64,000 nucleotides of DNA, taken from NCBI GenBank assembly GCA_965224025.1, contig OZ245033.1, positions 3,744,001-3,808,000 of the forward strand, given 5' to 3'. The DNA is from Candidatus Multivorans sp. Lineage in GTDB: Bacteria; Acidobacteriota; Thermoanaerobaculia; Multivoradales; Multivoraceae. The position numbers were made by a program, and so were the translations under genes. Below the pieces are notes generated by a model. The model saw only the letters and a list, made by a program, of their open reading frames with translations. It was not told the DNA's origin and did not search any database. Below, in pieces: positions 10,689-20,508 of the stretch (within the stretch, counting starts at the first letter, position 1; each line of letters starts with the position of its first letter).

Positions 10689-11564
10689 TCAGATTTGGGA
10701 GAAGGCGGTCGGCCGGAGGAAGACGTTCTCGATCCCCGAGACGGTGCCCTTGTACATCTCCATGTCCCGCATCCGCACCCACTCCGGGTGCGCGAGGAAG
10801 GCCTGCCAGTGCTCCCCGTGCGATTCCATGTCGGGCGCCGACAGGATGTAGACGAGGGCCGGCACGTTGGCGCCGATCAGGAGTTCGCCGTACAGGAGCG
10901 GCGTCATGTCCACGTCCCGCATGATGTCGATCTCGCCGTTGTCGAACATGTGGACCTTGCGGCGGGCGGTGTCCTCGTTGTGGCTCTCGTACAGGCGGAG
11001 CTCGAAGATACGGTCCTCCCCGGCCGCGGTCTGGGGCGGCAGCTCCATCACCGGCATGCCCTTGAACGCACGCAGGAACCAGCTCTCGACCCGATCGTAG
11101 ACCGGCGCCCGGACCGGCGTGGCGTACATGGGCGCCGCCGCCTCCAGGTAGGCCGCGTCGGCCTCCAGCGTTGACTTCATGCCCACGAAGTCCTCGACGC
11201 TCGGGAAGCCGATGATCGCCCACAGGGACATCGCGTCCACGGGATCGAGGGGCTCTTCCCCTTCCGGCGGCGGTTCGACGCCGAACACGCCGACACGGGC
11301 GATGCCGGCGCGGTTGAGCGCGGGCACCAGGGCGTTCTCCAGGTAGGCGAGGACGGTCTGCCGGCCGCCCTCGTCGGCCAGGCGGTAGCGGCGGATCTCG
11401 TAGTACTCGCGGCCAGGCTCGCTGGGCTCCGCCGCCTGCTCGCCCTCCGAGTCCCCCTCGGGGACGGCTGCCGGCCCACGGGCGAGGACCAGCGCGGCAA
11501 CTACCGCGACCAGTGAGACGAACCGAAGGCGCCCTCGTGGCTGGATCATCGACATGGTTTCCAC
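10689..11564 (-). CDS. NIPSNAP-family protein with signal peptide
   Basis: YYEIRRY and IFELRLYES repeats; W..F..HPEW C-terminal motif. Confidence 0.8.
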   Translation of the reverse strand: METMSMIQPRGRLRFVSLVAVVAALVLARGPAAVPEGDSEGEQAAEPSEPGREYYEIRRYRLADEGGRQTVLAYLENALVPALNRAGIARVGVFGVEPPPEGEEPLDPVDAMSLWAIIGFPSVEDFVGMKSTLEADAAYLEAAAPMYATPVRAPVYDRVESWFLRAFKGMPVMELPPQTAAGEDRIFELRLYESHNEDTARRKVHMFDNGEIDIMRDVDMTPLLYGELLIGANVPALVYILSAPDMESHGEHWQAFLAHPEWVRMRDMEMYKGTVSGIENVFLRPTAFSQI

Positions 11565-11640
11565 CTACCTTGCATGACAAACCCTCTTTCCTGTGCGTCA
11601 GCGCGGCGCGGACGCCGCGACTCGACTCCCGAGCCTTCGC

Positions 11641-12573
11641 TCACTCCCTGGCCAGCAGCCAGGCACGCATCGTGTTCGAAACCAGATCCGCGGCTTCCAA
11701 CTGGACCCAGTGGCCCACCGTCGGAACCGTGACCAGCGTGTAGTCGCGGTCGATCCAGTCCCACGTGTTCTTCAAACCGTCCTTGTCCACCGCCGTGTCC
11801 TTCAGGCCGTGGAACTGGAGCACGGACATCTGCAGGTTCGGCATCTCGCCGCCGCCGGCAACCTGACCGTAGTTCGCCCGGTAGTAGTTCAGCATGCCGT
11901 CCCAGTAGGAACGCGCGAAGGCTTCCCGATAGTGCCCGGCCACCTTCTCGCCCTCACTCGCGTACCGGTTGAGCAGACGTTCCGGCACCGGGCTGCCGTC
12001 CGGCGGGGACGTCGCGAAGTTCCGGGCGTACTGGGTGTTCTGCCGCTGCGCCTCGGTGGCGTTCGCGATCACGTTGCCGTAGCCCCTGGGATGGGTCAGG
12101 TTGAGGATCACCAAGCGCTCGATCTGCTCCGGATTCGCCATGGCGTAGCGCCAGGCGATGGCCCCGCCCCAGTCGTGGCCCACCAAGGTCACCGGCGCGC
12201 CGAGATCCTCGATCACGGCCGCCACGTCGCCCAGGATCAACGGCATCCGGTAGTCCTCGACCCGCTTCGGCTGACCGCTCCGGTTGTAGCCCCGCAGATC
12301 CATCGCCGCGGTGCGGAACTCGCCCTCGAGGGCAGCCATCTGATGACGCCAGGAGTACCAGAGGTCCGGGAAGCCGTGGAGGAACAGGACCGGCTTGCCC
12401 TCGCCCAGAGTGACGTAGTGGATGTCGATCTCGCCGCTCTTCGTCGCGTGGTGCTCGACGCGGTCCCACACGTCGGCGTTCGAGTCGTCGGCGCCGAGCG
12501 AGGCCGGGACGACAGCGACGGCGAGCAGCAGCCCCGCCAGGGAAACCGAACGAAGCCTGCCCGCGATACGCAT
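11641..12573 (-). CDS. Secreted alpha/beta hydrolase, epoxide hydrolase-like
   Basis: HGFPD oxyanion motif, GHDWGG nucleophile, GHWVQ catalytic His; signal peptide from ATG 12573. Confidence 0.85.
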   Translation of the reverse strand: MRIAGRLRSVSLAGLLLAVAVVPASLGADDSNADVWDRVEHHATKSGEIDIHYVTLGEGKPVLFLHGFPDLWYSWRHQMAALEGEFRTAAMDLRGYNRSGQPKRVEDYRMPLILGDVAAVIEDLGAPVTLVGHDWGGAIAWRYAMANPEQIERLVILNLTHPRGYGNVIANATEAQRQNTQYARNFATSPPDGSPVPERLLNRYASEGEKVAGHYREAFARSYWDGMLNYYRANYGQVAGGGEMPNLQMSVLQFHGLKDTAVDKDGLKNTWDWIDRDYTLVTVPTVGHWVQLEAADLVSNTMRAWLLARE

Positions 12574-12765
12574 TTCAGCTTGCCTCCAAAGAATGAAGCC
12601 GTCATCGTAGCAGCGGCTTCCAGGCCGTCCCGGGCAATCAACCGGGCGTCCCGAACTATGATGGCATGATCGAGCCGACGCGCAGCCCCGGACAACCGGC
12701 GCCCGCGCCACTCTGACGGTCAAGCTCTACGACCGCCAACGACCAACCGGAGACCTTCCCAACCC

Positions 12766-14019
12766 ATGAAGAAACAGCATCTCTGCGTGGCCGCCGCCGC
12801 GCTCGCTCTGGCCGCCTGCGCCGAACAGGACGGGCCCCTCCACCCCGGCGCCAACGACCACAAGACGTTGCAGGAGGCCCTGCTTGTCGCCGAGCCCGGT
12901 GCGGTCATCGAACTCGGCGCGGGCCGTTTCGAGCTCGACGCCACCCTGTCCCTCGACGTCGAGGGCGTGACGCTGCGCGGCCAGGGCATGGACGAGACGA
13001 TCCTGGACTTCGCCGGTCAGGCGCCGGGCACCGGCGGCGAGGGGGTCCTGGTGACGGCCGACGACTTCACGGTCGAGAACCTCGCGGTCGAAAACACGCG
13101 CGGCGACGGCATCAAGGTCGAGGGCACCACCGGCGCCGCCTTCCGCGGCGTGCGCATCGAGTGGACGAACGGACCGGACACGAACAACGGCGCCTACGGC
13201 CTCTACCCGGTCCAGGTGACGAACGTCCTGATCGAGGACAGCCGCGTTCGCGGCGCCTCGGACGCCGGCATCTACGTCGGCCAGTCCGCCAACGTCGTCG
13301 TCCGGCGCAACGAGGTCTGGGAGAACGTGGCCGGCATCGAGATCGAGAACACCACCGGCGCGGACGTCTACGAGAACCGGGCCCACGGCAACACCGGCGG
13401 CCTGCTCGTCTTCTCCCTGCCCGAGCTTCCGGTCAAGGACGGCCGCGACGCGCGCGTCTACGACAACGAGATCGCTGACAACAACCTGCCCAACTTCGGC
13501 AAGGAGGGAGCGATCGTATCCACGATTCCGGCCGGCTCGGGCGTCATCGTCATGGCCAGCGACAACGTCGAACTGTTCGGAAACCGGATCCACAACAACC
13601 AGAACTCGAACCTGGCGGTGATCTCGTACCTCTCCACCGGGCGCACCTACAACGACCCCGGCTACGACCCCTACACCGAAGGCGTCTACATCCACGACAA
13701 CGACTTCGTCGGCGGCGGGGAGAGCCCGAACGGCGCCTTCGCCGACGCGTTCGTCGCCCTCGCCGGAGGCGCCTTCCCGGACATCGTCTGGGACGGTGTC
13801 GTGAACCCCGACAAGCTGGTCGACGGCGCGGTTCCGGACGAACTCCGCCTCTACATCCAGAACAACGGGGACGCGGACTTCGTGAACCTTGATCTCGGAT
13901 CCGTGTTCGCGGGCGGTCAGCCGAACGTGACCACCGATCTCGACCCCTACCAGGGGGCGCTGCCGGCGGTTCCGCAGCCTGTGGATCTCGGCGTCGCGAC
14001 GGGCGCCGGCAGTCCCTGA
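12766..14019 (+). CDS. Parallel beta-helix repeat lipoprotein (TIGR03805-like)
   Basis: Lipobox LAAC; GAYGLYPV, GASDAGIYVGQS and NVAGIEIEN motifs. Confidence 0.85.
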   Translation: MKKQHLCVAAAALALAACAEQDGPLHPGANDHKTLQEALLVAEPGAVIELGAGRFELDATLSLDVEGVTLRGQGMDETILDFAGQAPGTGGEGVLVTADDFTVENLAVENTRGDGIKVEGTTGAAFRGVRIEWTNGPDTNNGAYGLYPVQVTNVLIEDSRVRGASDAGIYVGQSANVVVRRNEVWENVAGIEIENTTGADVYENRAHGNTGGLLVFSLPELPVKDGRDARVYDNEIADNNLPNFGKEGAIVSTIPAGSGVIVMASDNVELFGNRIHNNQNSNLAVISYLSTGRTYNDPGYDPYTEGVYIHDNDFVGGGESPNGAFADAFVALAGGAFPDIVWDGVVNPDKLVDGAVPDELRLYIQNNGDADFVNLDLGSVFAGGQPNVTTDLDPYQGALPAVPQPVDLGVATGAGSP

Positions 14020-15122
14020 TGAAGGCGCGGCTCGTACCGGCGGTCGCCCTGCTGGCGGCCTCCGGCTGTTCGAGCGGTGATTCTCCGACCGGAGGCGGCC
14101 CATTCGACCGCTATCCGCGGACGCTGTCGGCCTGGGAGCTCTTCGCGGGCGACGGTTCGACCCAGACGCCTGCCCCTGGGGTCGAACCGTACGACCTGAA
14201 CACGCCTCTCTTCTCCGACTACACGCTGAAGTTCCGCTTCGTCCGGCTCCCCACGTCCGCGGACGGCGCCCTTCAGCCCGCCCGGTACCGCGCGGCGGGA
14301 CCGTTCGAGTTTCCCGTTGGCACGATGATCGCCAAGACCTTCGCCTACCCCGCCGACCTCCGCGCTCCGACCGCGAACGTGCGGCTGCTCGAGACCCGGC
14401 TGCTCATTCACGAAGAAAACGGCTGGGTGGGCCTTCCCTACATCTGGAACGAGGAGCAGACCGAAGCGGAACTCGTGATCGTCGGCGGTCCGCTCGACGT
14501 CTCTTGGGTTGACGGCAGCGGCCGGACAGTCGAACACACTTACCGGGTGCCGAACACGAACCAGTGCAAGACCTGTCACCGCACGGACGGCGAGCACGTG
14601 CTGCCGATCGGGCCGCGCGCCGGCCAGTTGAACCGAGAGTTCGTCTATGCCGCCGGCGGCGGCGGGCCCGGACGCGCCGAGAATCAACTCGCCCGCTGGC
14701 AGCGCATCGGCTTCCTCGAGGGCGTCCCGACGCCGGCCGAGGCCCCCCGGGCGCCGGTCTGGAATGAGCCTTCGACCGGCAGCGTCGGCGAGCGCGCCCG
14801 CACCTGGCTCGACATCAACTGCGCGCACTGCCACAACCTCACGGGAAGCGGACGCACGTCGGGACTCGACCTGCGCGCGGCGCACGAGGACCGGACCCGG
14901 CTCGGCGTCTACAAGCATCCGGTCGCGGCCGGCCAGGGCACCGGCGACCGCCTCTACGGCGTCGTGCCCGGCCGTCCGGACGAATCGATCCTGGTCTACC
15001 GGCTCGAGTCGGTACACCCCGGCGTGATGATGCCGGAGCTCGGCCGCGGGCTCGTCGATGTCGAGGCCGTCGCCCTCATCCGCGAATGGATTCAGGGGAT
15101 GGCGGCCCGAACCGAAGCCTGA
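14019..15122 (+). CDS. SO2930-family diheme c-type cytochrome lipoprotein (TIGR03806-like)
   Basis: YDLNTPLFSDY, FPVGT..KTF and ETRLL motifs; two CxxCH (CKTCH, CAHCH); MMPELG. Coupled to the beta-helix gene. Confidence 0.85.
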   Translation: MKARLVPAVALLAASGCSSGDSPTGGGPFDRYPRTLSAWELFAGDGSTQTPAPGVEPYDLNTPLFSDYTLKFRFVRLPTSADGALQPARYRAAGPFEFPVGTMIAKTFAYPADLRAPTANVRLLETRLLIHEENGWVGLPYIWNEEQTEAELVIVGGPLDVSWVDGSGRTVEHTYRVPNTNQCKTCHRTDGEHVLPIGPRAGQLNREFVYAAGGGGPGRAENQLARWQRIGFLEGVPTPAEAPRAPVWNEPSTGSVGERARTWLDINCAHCHNLTGSGRTSGLDLRAAHEDRTRLGVYKHPVAAGQGTGDRLYGVVPGRPDESILVYRLESVHPGVMMPELGRGLVDVEAVALIREWIQGMAARTEA

Positions 15123-15154
15123 CCGCACCCGGAAACCCGGGTGGCTCGATCCGC

Positions 15155-15186
15155 CCTGGGAACGCGGGCGTCTCGCCCGCATCCGG
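15155..15186 (+). repeat. REP-like palindromic element, copy 1
   Basis: CCTGGGAACGCGGGCGTCTCGCCCGCATCCGG, identical to 55852-55883; stem GCGGGCG-TCT-CGCCCGC; lies between convergent genes. Confidence 0.8.
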
Positions 15187-15194
15187 GCCCGCCG

Positions 15195-15851
15195 CTACTC
15201 CGCCAGGATCTGCCGCGTGCGGTGGAAGACCTCGTCGAGGCCAACCTCGTCCGAACCGTAGTACCCGCGGACGCCGCCGGCCCGGTCCACCAGAACCAGC
15301 CGCGCCGCGTGCGCCACGTCGACCAGTCCGCCGGCAAGGTCGATGCGCTCGCCCATGGGCAGGGCGAACCCGTCCACCACGACCGAGCGCACGTCCTGCC
15401 GATCGCCGGTCACCAGGCGCCAACGCTCCAGGTCGAGGCCGCGGCGCCCGGCGTAGTCCCGCAGACGTTCCGGCGTATCGTGTTCCGGATCGACCGAGAA
15501 GCTGACCAGCCGAACGCCCTCGACGCCCTCCTCCCGGTAGCGGCGTTCCAACCGGCTGACTTCCGCGGTCAGCCGGGGGCAGACCGTCGCGCAGCGCGTG
15601 AACACGAAGGAGGCAACGTAGACCTCGCCCGCAAGATCGCCGCTGCCGAAGGCATCGCCGTTCTGGTCCACGAGCCGCCACTCGGGCAACTGCCGCAGAA
15701 CCGGCGGCGGATCCGGCTCGATACGGAGCAGGGGCCGCAGCGCCGGGATGAGCACCACACCCGCGAGCGCCGCCAGAAACCAGGGATTCAGGAACCGGCG
15801 ACGGGGAGGAATCCCCGCTTCGTCCGACCTCTTCGAACCCTCTCCCGACAC
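15195..15851 (-). CDS. SCO1/SenC-family copper chaperone
   Basis: N-terminal TM, FTRCATVCP (CxxxC), SVDPEHDTP and conserved His (VAHAAR). Confidence 0.9.
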   Translation of the reverse strand: MSGEGSKRSDEAGIPPRRRFLNPWFLAALAGVVLIPALRPLLRIEPDPPPVLRQLPEWRLVDQNGDAFGSGDLAGEVYVASFVFTRCATVCPRLTAEVSRLERRYREEGVEGVRLVSFSVDPEHDTPERLRDYAGRRGLDLERWRLVTGDRQDVRSVVVDGFALPMGERIDLAGGLVDVAHAARLVLVDRAGGVRGYYGSDEVGLDEVFHRTRQILAE

Positions 15852-15878
15852 GCCCCGACACTATCTCGGCTCGATCCT

Positions 15879-15907
15879 TTGACCGCCTCGGTAGCACGCT
15901 ATACACT
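15879..15907 (+). promoter_or_regulatory. Sigma70-type promoter for the act operon
   Basis: TTGACC-N17-TACACT upstream of the actA TTG start. Confidence 0.6.
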
Positions 15908-15961
15908 CCGCGCGATCTCGGATCGCGCAGGGTTTCCTACCCTGCTGCGGGGTTCGGAGTT

Positions 15962-16609
15962 TTGGCTCAGATCTTCCCCAAGTGGACTCTCAAGGCGCCG
16001 CTGTACTTGGCGGCCGCTCTGCCGATCGCGGGGGCCGCGGCGGTGGGCGCCGTCTGGTACTACGGTTCGCCCGAGTACACCGACGTCGGTTACCGGCCGG
16101 CTCAACCCGTGCCCTACAGCCACAAGCTCCACGTCGGCGAGCTCGGCCTCGACTGCCGGTACTGCCACGCCTCGGTCGAGGAGTCGGCGGTGTCCAGCAT
16201 TCCGCCCACCCAGGTGTGCATGAACTGCCACCACGTCGCGGCGCGCGAGAGCGAACTCCTGGCGCCGATCCGCAAGAGCGCGGCGCAGGGCCGGCCGATG
16301 CGCTGGGTGCGCGTTCACAACCTGCCCGACTACGCGTTCTTCAATCACAGCGTCCATGTCGGCGCCGGCGTCGGCTGCAGATCCTGCCACGGTCCCGTCC
16401 ATGAGATGGAGGTCGTGACCCAGGTGGAGCCCCTGAGCATGAGCTGGTGCCTCGACTGCCACCGCGACCCTGGCCCGAATCTGCGGCCGCTCGACGCCGT
16501 CACCGACATGGAGTGGACGCCGACCGGCGATCACGAAGCCTTCGCAGAGCAGGCGATTGCGGAACGGGCGCTGGCGCCGCCCGAGGACTGTACGGGGTGC
16601 CATCGATGA
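15962..16609 (+). CDS. actA: Alternative complex III pentaheme cytochrome c subunit ActA
   Basis: Five CxxCH (CRYCH, CMNCH, CRSCH, CLDCH, CTGCH); QPVPYSHKLH and W.RVHNLPD..FFNHS.H motifs; N-terminal TM. Confidence 0.9.
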   Translation: MAQIFPKWTLKAPLYLAAALPIAGAAAVGAVWYYGSPEYTDVGYRPAQPVPYSHKLHVGELGLDCRYCHASVEESAVSSIPPTQVCMNCHHVAARESELLAPIRKSAAQGRPMRWVRVHNLPDYAFFNHSVHVGAGVGCRSCHGPVHEMEVVTQVEPLSMSWCLDCHRDPGPNLRPLDAVTDMEWTPTGDHEAFAEQAIAERALAPPEDCTGCHR

Positions 16610-19600
16610 CCGCGGGCAACGGCAACCGGCCTGAGAAGACGTACTGGCGCAGCCTGGAACAGGTGCAGGGCGATTCCCGGGCCACCGATTTCCTGCACCG
16701 GGAGTTCCCGGAAGGCGCTTCCGAGGCGCCGCCCGAACTGCTCCAGGAGGGCTTGAGCCGGCGCAGCGTCCTCGCGATGCTCGGCTCCACCGCCTCCCTG
16801 GCCGGCCTGGCCGGATGCGACGTCATCCGCCGTCCGGTGGAACACATCGTTCCCTACGTCGACGCGCCGGAAGGCATGGTTCCCGGAATCCCGATGGCGT
16901 ACGCCACCACGATGCGGTTCGGCAACCGGGCCCTCGGCGTGGTCGTGGAGAGCCATGAAGGCAGGCCGACCAAGGTCGAGGGGAACGAACTCCACCCGTC
17001 TTCCGGCGGCGCCTCTGGAGTCTGGGCGCAGTCCTCCATCCTCGACCTGTACGACCCGGACCGCTCCAAGACGGTGCGATTCGGTGACCAGGCCTCGTCC
17101 TGGGACGACTTCGTCGCCGCCTGGACCGAAGGCGACCTCGCTCCCGCCGCCGACGGCGCCGGTCTGGCGATCCTCGCCGAGCCGTCCTCGTCGCCGACTC
17201 TGCTCCGGCTCAAGACGGCTCTGCTCGAACGCCATCCCCAGGCGCGCTGGGTGAGCTGGCAACCAGTGAGCGAAGAGAACGCCGACCGCGGTCTCGAATC
17301 GGTGGCCGGCAATCACTACCACGCCCTCTACCACCTGGAGCGGACGCAGGTTCTGCTCTCCCTCGACTCCGACCTCCTGGGCACGGAGGGCGACAGCGTC
17401 CGCAACCTGCGCGGCTACGCCAACGCCCGGCGCGTGGGCGACAACGGTTCCTCCGCGATGCTCCGGCACTACGCCGTCGACGGCGTCCACTCGGTCACGT
17501 CCGCCAACGCGGACCACCGGCTGCGGGTACAGAGTGGCCGTGTCGCCGCGTTCGTGGCCCAACTGGGACAGGCCCTCGCCGCACACGGCCTGGAAGTGCC
17601 GCTGGACGGCGGTGCGCCGGCCGCGGACATCGACGACGCCTGGGTGCAAGCGGTGGCGAAGGACCTGGCCGGGCACCGCGGCGCCGGCCTGATCGTCGCG
17701 GGCGACCGCCAGCCGGCGGAGGTCCACGCGGCGGTCTACGCCCTGAACTCGGCGCTCGGCAACGTCGGCGCTACGGTGACCTGCCACCAGACGCCGGACA
17801 GCGGCAGTTCGAGCGACGCCGACCTGGCCGCCCTGGTGGCGGCGATGAACGAAGGCGCAGTCGACCGCCTTGTTATCCTGGAGGCGAATCCGGTCTACAG
17901 CGCTCCCGCCGACCTCGACTTCGCCGCCGCGCTCGAGAACATGAACAGCGCCGGCGCGGTCATCCACGTCAGCACCCACCGTGACGAGACGAGCCGCCAC
18001 GCGCGTTGGCACGTGCCGCTCGCCCACTACCTCGAGAGCTGGGGCGACGCCCGCGCCACCGACGGCACGGCCAGCGTCGTCCAGCCCCTGATCGAGCCCC
18101 TCTACGGCGCCAGGAGCGCGATCGAGGTGCTGGCGCTGGCGGCCCTGGGCGAGGCGCGGGATGGTCGCGACCTGGTCCGCGAGACCTGGTCCGGGCTGCT
18201 CGGCCTGCCGCTTGACGAGAGTGCCGAGGGCGAAGAGGCGGCGATGGTACCGGCGGATGCCGAGTCCGGCGGCGAGGCTGCGGAAGGAGACGGAGGCGAG
18301 GAGGCGGACGCCCCGCCCGTCGATCCCATGTCGCTGCCGTTTCCGGTCGCGCTCTCCGAGTTCGAAGTCGCCTGGCGCCGGGTGCTCCATGACGGCGTGC
18401 AGGAAGGCAGCGCCGCGCCCGCGGCCGAGCTGGCAACCGTTACTCCCGAAGACTGCGCCACCGCGGTGCGGGCCGCCGGCGACGCCGCCAGGGCGGTCGC
18501 CCTTGGCGAGGAACTGGAGGTCGTCTTCCGCTGCTCCGCGGCTCTGTACGACGGACGCTTCGCGAACAACGGCTGGCTCCAGGAACTCCCCGATCCGATC
18601 ACCAAGCTGACCTGGGACAACGCGGCCCTGATCAGCCCGGCCACCGCAGCGGCCCTCGGCCTGGAGAACGAGGACCTGGTCACCGTCGCGTGCGGCGAAC
18701 GGGAACTCGAGTTGCCGGTGTGGCAGGTGCCCGGCCAGGCCGACCACAGCGTGACGATCGATCTCGGCTACGGTCGTGACTTTGGTGGCCGGATCGCCAG
18801 CAGCGCCAACGACGAGGATCACAACCCGGGCAGGAACGCCTATCTGCTGCGCACCTCGGACGCCCTGCACGTCGGCCGCTGCGCGCTCAAGGCCAGCGGC
18901 GGTTCGTACCCCCTGGCGCAGACCCAGGACCATCACTCGATGGAAGGTCGGCCGCTGGTCAAGGAAGCGGACCTCGACTATTTCGAGGAGCACCCCGACT
19001 TCGCCACCGCCCACAGCGAGAAGCCGCACGAGAACTCGATGTGGGACGAGTGGACCTACCGTGACTCGCCCCAGTGGGGCATGACGATCGATCTGAACGC
19101 CTGTGTGGGCTGCAACGCCTGCGTCATCGCCTGCCAGAGCGAGAACAACATTCCGATCGTCGGCAAGGAACAGGTGATGGAAGGCCGGGAGATGCACTGG
19201 CTGCGCATCGACCGCTACTTCTCCTCCGAGGGCGAACGCGACGGCCTCGTCGACGGTCTGCCTCACGACCCACAGACCAACTTCCAGCCGGTGCCCTGCA
19301 TGCAGTGCGAGAACGCGCCCTGCGAGCAGGTCTGCCCCGTCTCCGCCACCGTCCACGATGACGAAGGGCTGAACGCGATGGTCTACAACCGCTGCATCGG
19401 TACCCGCTACTGCTCGAACAACTGCCCGTACAAGGTCCGGCGATTCAACTACTTCAACTTCACCAAGGACACCCCCGAGGTGATGCACCTGGGCAAGAAC
19501 CCGGACGTCACGGTCCGTTCTCGCGGGGTGATGGAGAAGTGCACCTACTGCGTGCAGCGGATCAGCCGCGCCAAGGTCGACGCCAAGCGGGACGGCCGGC

Positions 19601-19872
19601 CTCTGGCCGACGGCGATGTCGTCACGGCCTGCCAGCAGGCCTGCCCTGCCGACGCGATCCGCTTCGGCGACATCACGGACGGGGCGAGCCAGGTCAGCGA
19701 GGCGAAAGCGGGTCCTCGCAACTACAACCTGCTCGACGATCTGCACACCAAGCCGCGGACCACCTACCTGGCGAAGATCCGGCATCCGAACCGGGACATC
19801 GTTCCCGCCCCGCCGCCGGTCGAGGACCACGGTGCAGCCGACGACGCCGGCCACGGCGGGGACGCGCACTGA
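16606..19872 (+). CDS. actB: Alternative complex III subunit ActB (Tat-exported molybdopterin-fold plus 4Fe-4S domain)
   Basis: YWRSL...EFPEGA and SRRSVL Tat-variant N-terminus; EGRPTKVEGN..HP; four Fe-S motifs (CVGCNAC, CMQCENAPC, CIGTRYC, CTYC). ATGA overlap with actA. Confidence 0.9.
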   Translation: MTAGNGNRPEKTYWRSLEQVQGDSRATDFLHREFPEGASEAPPELLQEGLSRRSVLAMLGSTASLAGLAGCDVIRRPVEHIVPYVDAPEGMVPGIPMAYATTMRFGNRALGVVVESHEGRPTKVEGNELHPSSGGASGVWAQSSILDLYDPDRSKTVRFGDQASSWDDFVAAWTEGDLAPAADGAGLAILAEPSSSPTLLRLKTALLERHPQARWVSWQPVSEENADRGLESVAGNHYHALYHLERTQVLLSLDSDLLGTEGDSVRNLRGYANARRVGDNGSSAMLRHYAVDGVHSVTSANADHRLRVQSGRVAAFVAQLGQALAAHGLEVPLDGGAPAADIDDAWVQAVAKDLAGHRGAGLIVAGDRQPAEVHAAVYALNSALGNVGATVTCHQTPDSGSSSDADLAALVAAMNEGAVDRLVILEANPVYSAPADLDFAAALENMNSAGAVIHVSTHRDETSRHARWHVPLAHYLESWGDARATDGTASVVQPLIEPLYGARSAIEVLALAALGEARDGRDLVRETWSGLLGLPLDESAEGEEAAMVPADAESGGEAAEGDGGEEADAPPVDPMSLPFPVALSEFEVAWRRVLHDGVQEGSAAPAAELATVTPEDCATAVRAAGDAARAVALGEELEVVFRCSAALYDGRFANNGWLQELPDPITKLTWDNAALISPATAAALGLENEDLVTVACGERELELPVWQVPGQADHSVTIDLGYGRDFGGRIASSANDEDHNPGRNAYLLRTSDALHVGRCALKASGGSYPLAQTQDHHSMEGRPLVKEADLDYFEEHPDFATAHSEKPHENSMWDEWTYRDSPQWGMTIDLNACVGCNACVIACQSENNIPIVGKEQVMEGREMHWLRIDRYFSSEGERDGLVDGLPHDPQTNFQPVPCMQCENAPCEQVCPVSATVHDDEGLNAMVYNRCIGTRYCSNNCPYKVRRFNYFNFTKDTPEVMHLGKNPDVTVRSRGVMEKCTYCVQRISRAKVDAKRDGRPLADGDVVTACQQACPADAIRFGDITDGASQVSEAKAGPRNYNLLDDLHTKPRTTYLAKIRHPNRDIVPAPPPVEDHGAADDAGHGGDAH

Positions 19873-20486
19873 TGCGCGAGGCGATGAGATTCCGGAAGGG
19901 GCACCGGCGGCTCGCGGGCGCCGCCTTCGCCGCGGCTCTCCTCCTGCTCGGTTGCCGGGGCATGCCCTCGCCGTATCCACCGATCCACCTGAATCCGAAC
20001 ATGGACTACCAGGAGCGCTACGATCCCCAGGAGGCGAGCGGCTTCTTCTACGACGGGATGGCGATGCGCCAGCCGGTCGCCGGCACCGTGGCGCGCGGTC
20101 AGCTCGACATCGACCACCGCCTGCTGTTCGGCCGCGACGACGAGGGTTACTTTCTGGAAGGTTCGCCGATCCCGGCCACCGACGAAGTGCTGGCCCGCGG
20201 ACAGAACCGCTACGCGATCTACTGCCAGCCGTGCCATGACGAGCGCGGCACCGGACAGGGCATCCTGTTCGAACGGGCCAGCACACCCACAGCGTCGCTT
20301 CACGACGAACGGATCGCCGGCTACAACGATGGCCGCCTCTACGACGTCATCACGAACGGTTCCGGGCTGATGGCGGGCTACCGCTACCCGCTCGAGACCG
20401 AGGATCGCTGGGCGGTCGTGGCCTACGTCCGCGAGTTGCAGGAAGAACGCCGCACGATGCAGGCGGAGCGGGAAGCCCGCCAGTAA
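19872..20486 (+). CDS. actE: Alternative complex III monoheme lipoprotein ActE
   Basis: Lipobox LLGC, NMDYQ..Y.PQ, PVAGTVARG, YCQPCH, and GLMAGY with DRWAVVAYVR. Confidence 0.82.
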   Translation: MREAMRFRKGHRRLAGAAFAAALLLLGCRGMPSPYPPIHLNPNMDYQERYDPQEASGFFYDGMAMRQPVAGTVARGQLDIDHRLLFGRDDEGYFLEGSPIPATDEVLARGQNRYAIYCQPCHDERGTGQGILFERASTPTASLHDERIAGYNDGRLYDVITNGSGLMAGYRYPLETEDRWAVVAYVRELQEERRTMQAEREARQ

Positions 20487-20508
20487 CGCCCTCAGGGGTG
20501 GAGAGCCA

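Noticed and set aside
16531-20286. 1251-aa minus-strand ORF and many other long overlapping ORFs (e.g. 4050-6146, 25627-27963, 51640-53811)
   Set aside because: Antisense or alternate-frame shadows of well-supported genes, expected in high-GC DNA; no motifs.
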